Positions 39,385 to 48,151 are shown, counted from the stretch's first letter. The stretch: DNA of 64,000 nucleotides from Nitrospirota bacterium (GCA_963790205.1 CAWBNQ010000003.1:480001-544000); one strand, 5' to 3'. The notes: generated by a model from the letters alone, not told the origin. Program-made: numbers and translations.

Positions 39385-39625
39385 TTTGGCATAAACGCAT
39401 CTCTTTTATTAAGGAGCGATTTATAGCGAACGCAATCTTCAAACCCAATCTTCTATGAGCAGACAGTCTTCGTTGATGAAGAAAACGCTGCATTGCCTTG
39501 ATTAATTATGAAGGCGTGGGTTCGTAGTCTGTGGAAGCACAGACGGCATCTTTCGATCCGCTGTAGATTACGCAAGACGATACCCACGGTGAAACACGGG
39601 TTTAAGATCGGCTATAAATATCGGT
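39385..39625 (-). ncRNA. Predicted bridge/seek RNA region of IS110 copy 1 (exact ends unknown)
   Basis: Stem - internal loop - stem with a GAAA tetraloop at 39515-39588; loop strands match both target flanks. Confidence 0.8.
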
Positions 39626-39628
39626 TTT

Positions 39629-40699
39629 TTATTGAACAACCGCCGTAGTGTATTCTTGTTGGTTCTTTAAAACGTACCGGACGCGGTTTAACAGCTTCCG
39701 GGCGATCCGAACGATAGCTTTGGTCTTTGTCATGTGTTTGCACAGCTCATTGAACGCCATCATTAGGGCAGGGTCTTTTCGCACCGCCGTCCAAGCGCTT
39801 TCGATCAAGACGAAGCGAAGCTGGGCGTTCCGCCTGCCGGTCATGCCGGTTTTAAGGTCCTTTTCCCCGCTGGAATCGGTATCGGGGATAAGGCCAACGT
39901 AGCTGCAGAGTTTGTCGAGCGTCTTGAAACGATTGATGTCATACAGCTCCGTCAAGAGCATCATCGCGGTCAAGGTACTGATTCCCGGCACGGTCTTAAG
40001 TATCCGGACATTGTTCCGATAGTCGTCCGAATTGGCCAGGGCGCGGATCGCCCGGTTCATCTCGGCAATGATATGCCGAAGATGCTTAAGCTCGTCTAAG
40101 TGTATCTTGAGTGATAGGTTGCCGCTGGCCCGCTCCATTTGTACGGACTCGATCCAATTGATGAAGCGTTTGGACCAGTAACCGTTGATGAAATCGTCCG
40201 GTATGTCGATACCGTAAAAGCTCAGGATCGACTTGATCTGGTTCTTGCAGCGAGTTTGTTTCCTTACCATGCTATTTCGAGTACGAAGGAGGCTGCGGTC
40301 CTCGACTTTTGGTCGCGTAGGGACATAGATCCCTTCGATGTCGCCGTTTCTGAGGCTCCGGGCTAGCTTGCGGCAGTCCACCCGGTCGGTCTTGCCTGCG
40401 CGCTCTTTGTCTTTTGTGGGCACATCCGCCGGATTGACCACGAGACATTGTATGCCTCGCTCCTGAAGCCGGTCATGTATCCAGAAACCGGAGTAACCGG
40501 CCTCATAGACCGACTTATAGGCTGCACCCGGAAAATTGCGTTTGAGATAGTTTACCAGCACCCCGACCTCCGGAGGTTGTGAAAAGGTCTTATGCTCGAA
40601 CTGATCGGTAAAAATACTGATGCTCCAACTTTTCTTATGAATGTCCATACCGACATAAATTTGTTGACCAGTGAAATCGAGTCTGCTAACGTTATTCAT
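39629..40699 (-). CDS. IS110-family DEDD recombinase/transposase
   Basis: GMDIHK, YEAG and KTDRVD (DEDD), VPGIS, and DSSG with the conserved Ser; AGGAG RBS. Confidence 0.95.
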   Translation of the reverse strand: MNNVSRLDFTGQQIYVGMDIHKKSWSISIFTDQFEHKTFSQPPEVGVLVNYLKRNFPGAAYKSVYEAGYSGFWIHDRLQERGIQCLVVNPADVPTKDKERAGKTDRVDCRKLARSLRNGDIEGIYVPTRPKVEDRSLLRTRNSMVRKQTRCKNQIKSILSFYGIDIPDDFINGYWSKRFINWIESVQMERASGNLSLKIHLDELKHLRHIIAEMNRAIRALANSDDYRNNVRILKTVPGISTLTAMMLLTELYDINRFKTLDKLCSYVGLIPDTDSSGEKDLKTGMTGRRNAQLRFVLIESAWTAVRKDPALMMAFNELCKHMTKTKAIVRIARKLLNRVRYVLKNQQEYTTAVVQ

Positions 40700-40821
40700 G
40701 GCAAGTCTCCTTTTGGTGTATTTTGGTCCGGGATAGACCTAATATACCTTAAGTCAGACTTGCCTTTTTAATCATAAGGTCTGTGGATAAAAAAGACCTG
40801 AGGAGTTGCAGTCGTATGTTT

Positions 40822-41484
40822 TTACGATGGAGCACCTGATCTCAATTTTCTCGACAGCATGTCCGCGCACCTGAGCGGCTCCGGTATCCGGTATTTGCCA
40901 GTGCAGTTAAGCATGATGCGGATCGTGCTGTCGAGGTCGATCTTATGGCCCGGCGATACGAACAGGGGCCTGACACTGTCCTTTGTCCGCACTACCGCGC
41001 CGACGGTCCTGCTCTCATACGTGAGCTCGGACCAGCTTCCTTTTCGTCTGCCCGGTTCCTCGAATTCTCCGACAAGCCTTGTTTTTGCGCAACCGATCGC
41101 GGGGATGTTGAGCAGAATCCCGAGATGCGAAGCGATCCCGATCCCCCTCGGGTGCGCAATGCCCTGCCCGTCGACGAGAATGACATCGGGCGTTGTCGTC
41201 AGTTGCTTGACTGCCGCGATGATGGCAGGGCCTTCCCGGAATGAGAGAAAACCGGGAATGTAGGGGAATCTCAGTTTTTCAATGGCGGTCGCCTGTTCCA
41301 GAGGCGTGAGCTCGGGATAACGGTAGAGGCAGGCAGCTGCATACACCTGGTTTTCCGAGAACGCAGCGTCCACTCCTCCCACGTATCGCGGTTCACCTCT
41401 GAGAGGAACGATCTGCACCCGCTTTCTCAGAATTTCCCGCAGCTCTCGCGCCTGTTCTATCGAGATCGTTTTCGGCCATTTCAT
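40822..41484 (-). CDS. nfi: Endonuclease V
   Basis: PYIPGFLSFRE, DGQGIAHPR, GCAK, SPGH and YRIPEP motifs. Confidence 0.95.
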   Translation of the reverse strand: MKWPKTISIEQARELREILRKRVQIVPLRGEPRYVGGVDAAFSENQVYAAACLYRYPELTPLEQATAIEKLRFPYIPGFLSFREGPAIIAAVKQLTTTPDVILVDGQGIAHPRGIGIASHLGILLNIPAIGCAKTRLVGEFEEPGRRKGSWSELTYESRTVGAVVRTKDSVRPLFVSPGHKIDLDSTIRIMLNCTGKYRIPEPLRCADMLSRKLRSGAPS

Positions 41485-41534
41485 GCAAATACCACCCGTG
41501 CGCTTCAGATATAATTATACTATGTTTGATTCCA

Positions 41535-41648
41535 AAGACGCGAAACCAATCTGTCCGCAGATGTCGCAGATGGCCGCAGATTTTAAAACCAATAATTCCG
41601 GACGTTTTTTCTGTGAAATCTGCGTAATATGTGGATAAAAAAGACTTG
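41535..41648. repeat. Uninterrupted copy of the IS110-targeted palindromic repeat
   Basis: AACCAATCTGTCCGCAGAT...GGCCGCAGATTTTAAAACCAATAATT...CTGTGAAATCTGCGTAATATGTGGATAAAAAAGAC equals the joined flanks of IS copy 1. Confidence 0.85.
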
Positions 41649-41685
41649 AGTCGTGTTCATCCGTGGCTAAGAAAGGGGTGATTCC

Positions 41686-42150
41686 ATGTTTCTCTATCTC
41701 GTACAGCACGGTGAGGCGAAGAGGGAAGAGGAAGACCCTGCACGGGGGCTTACGGACAAAGGATCCAAGGAGGTTGCCAGGACCGCGATCTATGCGCAGA
41801 AGCTCGGTCTCAAGGTGAGTGTCATTCATCACAGCGGAAAGACCCGCGCCCTGCGGACCGCGCAGATATTGGCCGATTACCTCAAGCCGGGGAAGGACTT
41901 GTCCCCGGCAGAGGCCCTCGCGCCCCTGGATGATCCCGCCGTATGGGCCGGACGCATCGTTGGAATGAATGAGGATTTAATGCTCGTCGGACATCTCCCC
42001 TATATGGCAAAGCTCGCCGGCCTCCTTCTCTGCGGGGACAAGGAGAAGATGCCCATCGACTTCAAGATGGGAGGGATCGCCTGTCTCAGGAGGTTCGATG
42101 ATGGCCGCTGGGCCGTGGAGTGGATGATCGTGCCGGAGATGGCTGGATAA
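41686..42150 (+). CDS. sixA: Phosphohistidine phosphatase SixA
   Basis: LYLVQHGEA, HSGKTRA and LVGHLP motifs. Confidence 0.88.
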   Translation: MFLYLVQHGEAKREEEDPARGLTDKGSKEVARTAIYAQKLGLKVSVIHHSGKTRALRTAQILADYLKPGKDLSPAEALAPLDDPAVWAGRIVGMNEDLMLVGHLPYMAKLAGLLLCGDKEKMPIDFKMGGIACLRRFDDGRWAVEWMIVPEMAG

Positions 42151-42273
42151 GAACCTTTTCAGTCCCGCCCCGATGAGCAAGTCTTTTGCCTCTCTCTTGA
42201 CTTTGGTTGGGATCATTAGTAGCGGCTTTTTGCGCTGCTCTATCCGGACTGCGAAACCGCCTCACCCTGCCGG

Positions 42274-42918
42274 CTACTGCCCGGATTTTTTTTCGTTCTT
42301 TCTGATCAGCAGTCCTGTTGTCGAAACCATTACCCTTAATTCTTCCGCGCTGTTCGAGTTGATGAAGGTGGCGGACCCGTACTCGGCATCCAGCAGGGGA
42401 TTAAGGATCGCGAACCTGCGCCGGAGATCGAACATGTCCAGGGGCCTGTTGCTGGACAATGAATACACCGTATGGGCCTTTGTCGTTTCATCGCTCAGGA
42501 CCGCATAGCGGCCTGCCACGCGATCGAGCTCATAGGAGGTGTGCAGCCCGAATATGTTTGCCAGCGGTTTCCATTTGAGAATGTGGGCGTCAACATACAG
42601 CTGGTCACCGGCAAGAAGGAATACTTTTTCGCCGCCATCGGGCAGGGAAAACCAGGCCGTGAACTTCTGCTTCCCCGTCGGCACGATGTTCACGATCGCG
42701 GCAAGTTCTTCTCTGGTCAATGCGCGATACCCCTGAATGGCGATGCTTATGGTGCCGAACAGGGTGGACAGGGAGATCATCAGCAACGCGATCACGAAGA
42801 TCACGGCCGTGCCGAACAGCTTTCTCTTCTTCAGGGCTGCAATGGTCATGATAAGAAAGAGAAGGCCGAGAAGAGCAAAAAGTACAGCAATGATGTTCAG
42901 AGGGTTCGACAGCATCAT
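42274..42918 (-). CDS. Hypothetical membrane-anchored protein
   Basis: Two N-terminal TM segments and a soluble domain; AAGGA RBS. Confidence 0.75.
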   Translation of the reverse strand: MMLSNPLNIIAVLFALLGLLFLIMTIAALKKRKLFGTAVIFVIALLMISLSTLFGTISIAIQGYRALTREELAAIVNIVPTGKQKFTAWFSLPDGGEKVFLLAGDQLYVDAHILKWKPLANIFGLHTSYELDRVAGRYAVLSDETTKAHTVYSLSSNRPLDMFDLRRRFAILNPLLDAEYGSATFINSNSAEELRVMVSTTGLLIRKNEKKSGQ

Positions 42919-43030
42919 GTTTTTCCTTTCTCAGCGTACCTCTCGGCGTGGTTGGGATCATTGTATTGGGTTTCGCTCTGCTCTACCTACAGAACTGGTT
43001 ATATGAGTTATATTTCAATGGTTCTTATGT

Positions 43031-43255
43031 CTATTTCGATATAAATACTGACAAAAGAACAAATGAAAAAAGCAGTAGTCCAAAAATAAGAAGAACTACG
43101 AGCATAGTTCGATCTGGCTTTTTTACCATTTTCTTAAATTCTTTACGCTGCATCTGCGGGCGTTCAATCCCTGCATCTTTTAGTATGTCACCAGCATGAT
43201 CAACGCAAGGGACATTGGGATCATGATATGAGCCGTACAAGGGGCAGAAACTCAT
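43031..43255 (-). CDS. Small hypothetical protein, putative integron gene cassette
   Basis: AT-rich 74-aa ORF bracketed on the minus strand by ATTATATG (43294-43301) and CATATAAC (42998-43005). Confidence 0.5.
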   Translation of the reverse strand: MSFCPLYGSYHDPNVPCVDHAGDILKDAGIERPQMQRKEFKKMVKKPDRTMLVVLLIFGLLLFSFVLLSVFISK

Positions 43256-43293
43256 GATTGGACCACTCGAAAAATACTACTTTTTATTTATTG

Positions 43294-43349
43294 CATATAA
43301 TGTTAAGGCTTCTTTCTGAACGCTTTATTCAGAAAGAAGCTGGTTGGAC
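43294..43349 (-). other. attC-like site
   Basis: Minus strand: GTCCAAC (RYYYAAC), 13-bp perfect hairpin GCTTCTTTCTGAA/TTCAGAAAGAAGC, then ATTATAT (degenerate R'). Confidence 0.55.
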
Positions 43350-43607
43350 TAAGCCGTTGCGCGCCACGTCGCTATGGGATTTCAAATGATTTGTCAGCTT
43401 AAAACGAAGTCCGCGGAGACAGCATTGGCAGGGGCGTGAGACTTGTTCGGGTGAAAAGCGGCGATTCCGGACTGCTCCGCAAGCCCCTTTCGTAAAAGAC
43501 TATACAGGAAAAAGGGCTTTTGGGCAATAGGGTATCGTTGCGAAAGACGTGACTTTTTTCGGGGATGGATGTCGGAGTCGGGTTGTTCATTTCAGTGCTT
43601 GTGGTAA

Positions 43608-44802
43608 TCATATTCGCGGCGGTCCTTTGCAGCGCGCGGGCTGCATGATCTCGATTGTGCGCATTCTGCGTTCGCCGCAGGCAGGGCATTTGGCCAGCGT
43701 CAATGCCGGCGATCCTGAGCAAAGCTTCCTGCCACGTCTCAGTCTTCTGCTCCGCCTCGTTCTGATCAACGCAGGCCAGAAGCTCTCTGCATTGGTCGAG
43801 TTTCTTTCTGCGGCATCTGTTTCCCAACAGACCGTAATGCCTGATTTTGACAAACCGGTCGGGCAGGACATGAAGCAGGAACCGCCGGATGAACTCATCG
43901 GCGTCCACGGTCATGATCTTGCTTTTGTTGCTGTCCGCGTAGTCGCGCCACCGGAAGGAGATCTTGTCGTCCATCATCTTCACGAGCCGGTGATTGCTGA
44001 TCGCGATACGGTGGGTGTATCTGCCGAGATACTCAAGAACGCCTTTTGTTCCGTCGAACGGCGGCTTACAATAGACGACCCACTGCTTCTTGTACAAATC
44101 GGCGATGAAGGCCTTGAAAACTCCCGGCGACGCAAGATGGCTTACGACGCCGGGGTAGACAAGTTTGTTCTCGGCACGGAGTTTTTTCAGATAAGCGAGA
44201 AACTTCCCCCGAAAGAGTTTCGACATGACCTTGACGGGAAGGAAAAAGCCATTCTTGCATGATTTCCATTTCCGTCCGCCCTTGGACAATCCGCCGCCGG
44301 TGACGATGTTGTGGAGATGCGGATGATCCATAAGGTTCTGTCCCCAGGTGTGCAGGATCGAGATAAAACCGATTTCCGCGCCCAAGTGTTTCTGCGTATT
44401 CGAGAGTTCCGTCAGGGTTTCCGAAACGGCCTTGAACAGGATCCCGTAGAGGGCCTCCTGGTTCCGGAGCACAAGGGGATTGAGTTTATCGGGGATGGTA
44501 AAAACGACATGGAAGTAAGGAATGGGAAGCAGGTCTTCTTCCCGGGCCTCGATCCACTGCTCTTTTTTAAGGAACTGGCACTTGGGGCAATGCCGGTTTC
44601 TGCAGGAGTTGTACGAGATCACTTTTGTCCCGCAGTGCTCGCATTCGTCCACGTGACCGCCTTGGTCGGCGGTGCGGCAGGTCTCGATCGCCCGCATGGC
44701 GCGAAGACGATTCAAGGGCATGGGATGAGCGTTCCGGTAAAGAGGACCGTACCGGCGAAAGATGTCCGCGACTTCGATCTGTAGGCTATCTCGCGTGTAC
44801 AC
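43608..44802 (-). CDS. IS91-family (HUH, Y2) transposase; +1 frameshift near 43697
   Basis: SCRNRHCPKCQ zinc domain, LHTWG, HPHLH, YLGRY and IRHYG motifs; the typical C-terminal CPACG...KGPP lies in the alternative frame ending at 43608. Confidence 0.9.
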
Positions 44803-44823
44803 CGCGGGTGTCGCGTGTGCAGG

Positions 44824-45681
44824 CTACGAGGTTTGTGGAGGATTTAAGAAGGGGCCTAAGTCCAGAGGGCTCACGATCTTTGAGAGGTTCTTTTTGCTCA
44901 CGTGGAGATAAATAGTGGTCGTTCTCACCGACGCATGGCCGAGCAGAAGCTGAATATAGTGCAGATCAGCTCCCGACTCCAGCAGGTGTGTGGCGAAGCT
45001 ATGCCGAAGCGTGTGACAACTTGCCGGCTTCGTGATGCCGGCTTTTTTCTTCGCGCGTTTGAACGCCTCTTGGACGGTGCTAATGGAAATGTAGTTTTCA
45101 GGCTTTTCTCCCGGAAAGAGCCAATGCGTCGGTCTATATTCTTTCCAGTATTCCCGAAGCGCTTCCAGCGCTACCTGGGATAAAAGGGTATACCGGTCTT
45201 TTTTGCCTTTGCCCTGGTCCACGCGTATCAGCATACGGCTGCTGTCGATGTCCGTGATCTTGAGCCGGGCGGTCTCGCTCGCCCGGAGCCCTGCCGAGTA
45301 GGTCACCATCAGCATCACGCGCTGCTTCAGGCTGGGAGTGGCTTCGAACATGGCCTGTACCTCCTCCCGTTCGAGAACGATAGGAAGTGTCTTGGTCGTC
45401 TTCGGATAGGGAATCTTGTCCATCACCCAACCTTTGCCCAGCGTCGTTTCATAGAGGAACCGCAGCGCGCTGTAAGTTATCTTCAGGGTGGATAGCGATA
45501 CCTTCTTATCCCGGACGAGGTAAAGCAGATACGCTTTGACATCGCCGTCTTCCAAAAGGTCGGGCGGTTTTTTAAAATGGCGTTCCATATCGCGCGCCGC
45601 CCGGTGATACAATGATTGCGTCTTCGGGGCTAATCCTCGAAGCACCATGTCGCCCTGCATCTGTTCTTTGAACGTTTCCAT
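44824..45681 (-). CDS. Tyrosine recombinase / integrase
   Basis: YSAGLRASE, GKGKKDR, HTLRHSFATH, LLGH and TTIY; N-terminal SAM-like domain. Confidence 0.95.
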   Translation of the reverse strand: METFKEQMQGDMVLRGLAPKTQSLYHRAARDMERHFKKPPDLLEDGDVKAYLLYLVRDKKVSLSTLKITYSALRFLYETTLGKGWVMDKIPYPKTTKTLPIVLEREEVQAMFEATPSLKQRVMLMVTYSAGLRASETARLKITDIDSSRMLIRVDQGKGKKDRYTLLSQVALEALREYWKEYRPTHWLFPGEKPENYISISTVQEAFKRAKKKAGITKPASCHTLRHSFATHLLESGADLHYIQLLLGHASVRTTTIYLHVSKKNLSKIVSPLDLGPFLNPPQTS

Positions 45682-46158
45682 TGCATAATCTCCTTCCGTT
45701 GAATCGAAATTCCAACGGCATGACGCCGATGGTGATGCGAAAGAAGATTGTAGAACGGTCAGGATTATGAAGCAAGGAGCGAGACGAAGAAAATCTATCG
45801 AGATATGCGGGGATGAATTGTAGAGAGACTTATTGGAATGCGAATAACACCGCCGCGCAGCGGCTTAGTTCAACAAGGAATTGTGTAGCCCCCTCTATAA
45901 TTCTGGATTTCCGGAATTATAGAGTTTAGCAAAATACATGCCGTTTTGAGACCGCTGCATACATTTGCTTTTATTATGTTTCAAGTTCATCTCATACAAA
46001 AATTGTAAAATATCCGTGGTTTTTCCGCTAACAGGGGGAGTATATTTTATGCCTATATGCATGTCAAGGTAATAAAATAATTGACCATTCAGTGGAATTC
46101 GATAAAATATGCCGGAATTTGGGTGCTCTATGCGAAAGCGAGGTTTACTCACTATCCT

Positions 46159-46458
46159 ATGGAACCTATCCCGAAAGATCTTCTCGTCCAATTTGACGAC
46201 ATTCTCAAGCAGCGGAATGTTCCCCAAACACATGTTTAGGATGCGCTGTATGAAGCAGTCAGAAAAGCCAGGCTCACGAAACGCGCCATCCCTCACATCT
46301 TCCGTCATTGTTATGCAACGAATCTGCTTCAGACGGGCTATGACCTTTGCACGATCCAGACGCTCCTCGGCCACGCAGACATCAGGACGAAGATGATCTA
46401 CACTCACTGCGTACCGTCAAGGACGCTGAAAGAGATGAAGAGTCCCCTTGATTTTTGA
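46159..46458 (+). pseudogene. Internally deleted integron-integrase (IntI-like) remnant
   Basis: MEPIPKDLLVQFDDILKQRNVP joined in frame to [59 protein letters not shown]...KSPLDF; TAG at 46237. Confidence 0.75.
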
Positions 46459-46541
46459 TCCCGCGCGCGGTACTATCTAAAATCTCGTTAATCTTGTCCA
46501 GCCTTCTCTTTCCCGCTCGATGAGAATTCGGATCTTAAACG

Positions 46542-47675
46542 ATGAATAAAAAAACATCATCCGACGTTTCTATCGTAAAGTGCGCTGATTACGACCGCGA
46601 TCGGGTTCTGGGCGCGGTGCGCAGGGCCGTTGACCTGCTCGGAGGCATGGGCGCGTTCGTGAAGCCCGGCGACCGGGTGCTCATCAAGCCCAACCTGCTC
46701 AAGGCGGCCCCTCCCGACGACGCGGTCGTTACGCACCCCGAGGTCCTGCGCGCGGTCATACGCCTCGTGCGCGAGGCCGGGGCGAAGGCGCTGGTGGGCG
46801 ACAGCCCCGGCTTCGGAGAGCTCCGGCGCGTGTGCGAGAAATCGGGCGTCATGGACGTGATCGAGGAAGAAGGGGCCGCGCTCGCGGAGATGAACGAGGC
46901 CGTGCAGGTAAAGAACAGCGGGCAGTTCCATAGGTTCGAGGTCGCCCGGGCCGTGCTCGAAGCCGACGCAATCATCAACGTCCCGAAGTTCAAGACCCAC
47001 GGCATGATGACGCTCACGGGCGCGGTGAAGAACCTCTTCGGCTGTATTCCCGGCAGGAGAAAGGTGCAGTGGCATTTTAACGCGGGCGTCAACCGCGATG
47101 CTTTTGCGAGGATGCTCGTCGAGCTGTGCGCGCTGATCAAGCCTCGTTTGACCGTCATGGATGCAATCGTGGGCATGGAAGGGAACGGGCCGGGAAGCGG
47201 CGATCCGCGCGAGCTCGGCCTTGTGCTTGCCGGGGCGGACCCGGTCGCGATCGACGTGGTTTGCGGAGCGCTCGTCAGGGCCGAGCCTGCGCGTCTTCCT
47301 GTCATACGGGCCGCCGCCACGGCCGGGATCGGCGAGACCAGGCTCGGCCGGATACGGGTCCTTGGGGAGGCGTTGGGGGAGGTGGCCGTAAAAGGGTTCC
47401 GGCTGCCGCCCCAAGAGCATCCCGAGTGGCGCCTGCCCGAGTGGGCGCGCCGGCTCCTCAAGGACGCCCTGACCACGCGGCCGATGATCGACCCCGCGCG
47501 CTGTATCCGCTGCGGCATCTGCCAGGGCCACTGCCCGCAGGGCGCTATCGACGACGCGGGGAAAAAACTCGAGATCCGGCACCGCGACTGCATCCGCTGT
47601 TTCTGCTGCCAGGAGTTTTGTCCCCAGGGCGCGATAACCGTGGGCAGGGGATGGGCGCTGAAGATGGTGAGATGA
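46542..47675 (+). CDS. DUF362-domain protein with C-terminal 2x[4Fe-4S]
   Basis: VLIKPNLL, THPEV, PKFKTH and GAVKNLFG motifs; two CxxCxxCxxxCP motifs. Confidence 0.9.
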   Translation: MNKKTSSDVSIVKCADYDRDRVLGAVRRAVDLLGGMGAFVKPGDRVLIKPNLLKAAPPDDAVVTHPEVLRAVIRLVREAGAKALVGDSPGFGELRRVCEKSGVMDVIEEEGAALAEMNEAVQVKNSGQFHRFEVARAVLEADAIINVPKFKTHGMMTLTGAVKNLFGCIPGRRKVQWHFNAGVNRDAFARMLVELCALIKPRLTVMDAIVGMEGNGPGSGDPRELGLVLAGADPVAIDVVCGALVRAEPARLPVIRAAATAGIGETRLGRIRVLGEALGEVAVKGFRLPPQEHPEWRLPEWARRLLKDALTTRPMIDPARCIRCGICQGHCPQGAIDDAGKKLEIRHRDCIRCFCCQEFCPQGAITVGRGWALKMVR

Positions 47676-47681
47676 TTTGTT

Positions 47682-47760
47682 TCATTCCCGCGAAAGCCGG
47701 AATCCAGTTACGGGTAAAAAGCCAAAGACGCTGGATTCCCGATGGGGTCTTTCGGGAATG
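47682..47760. repeat. REP-like palindrome ATTCCCGCGAAAGCCGGAATCCAG...CTGGATTCCCG
   Basis: Same family as the core of the element at 57480-57547. Confidence 0.7.
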
Positions 47761-47791
47761 GCGACTTATATTATAATTCGATGGCAACCAA

Positions 47792-47885
47792 GCAGGTCTT
47801 TTTTTATCCACAGATTACGCAGATTTCACAGATGAAACAAAGCCGGAATTACCGGTCTTAAAATCTGCGGCCGTCTGCGTAATCT
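47792..47885. repeat. IS110-targeted repeat, reverse orientation, interrupted by IS copy 2 (continues at 49309-49325)
   Basis: Reverse complement of the 41535-41648 copy. Confidence 0.85.
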
Positions 47886-47910
47886 TCTATGTTAAAAAGC
47901 AAGTCTTTCT

Positions 47911-48151
47911 TTTGGCATAAACGCATCTCTTTTATTAAGGAGCGATTTATAGCGAACGCAATCTTCAAACCCAATCTTCTATGAGCAGACAGTCTTCGTT
48001 GATGAAGAAAACGCTGCATTGCCTTGATTAATTATGAAGGCGTGGGTTCGTAGTCTGTGGAAGCACAGACGGCATCTTTCGATCCGCTGTAGATTACGCA
48101 AGACGATACCCACGGTGAAACACGGGTTTAAGATCGGCTATAAATATCGGT
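47911..48151 (-). ncRNA. Predicted bridge/seek RNA region of IS110 copy 2
   Basis: Same sequence as in copy 1; guide segments at 48054-48061 and 48091-48100. Confidence 0.8.

Larger units (their letters stand above)
39360..40782 (-). mobile_element. IS110-family (IS1111-like) insertion sequence, copy 1
   Basis: Boundaries defined by identity with copy 2; TCT core at both junctions (39357-39359, 40780-40782); sub-terminal inverted repeats TATGTTAAAAAGCAAGTCT / AGACTTGCCTTTTTAATCATA. Confidence 0.93.
43343..45874 (-). mobile_element. IS91-like element encoding a tyrosine recombinase and a HUH transposase
   Basis: Inverted repeats GTTGGACTAAGCCGTTGCGCG (43343-43363) and CGCGCAGCGGCTTAGTTCAAC (45854-45874), 19/21 match, enclose the two genes. 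Confidence 0.85.

Noticed and set aside
39092..39493. 133-aa minus-strand ORF crossing the IS110 end
   Set aside because: It spans the insertion junction, so it cannot be shared by both copies; the region is better explained as non-coding RNA.
43399..43607. C-terminal extension of the IS91 transposase ORF
   Set aside because: Results from the +1 frameshift; the family-like C-terminus ends at 43608.
45895..46407. 170-aa minus-strand ORF
   Set aside because: Antisense shadow of the intI remnant running into AT-rich spacer.
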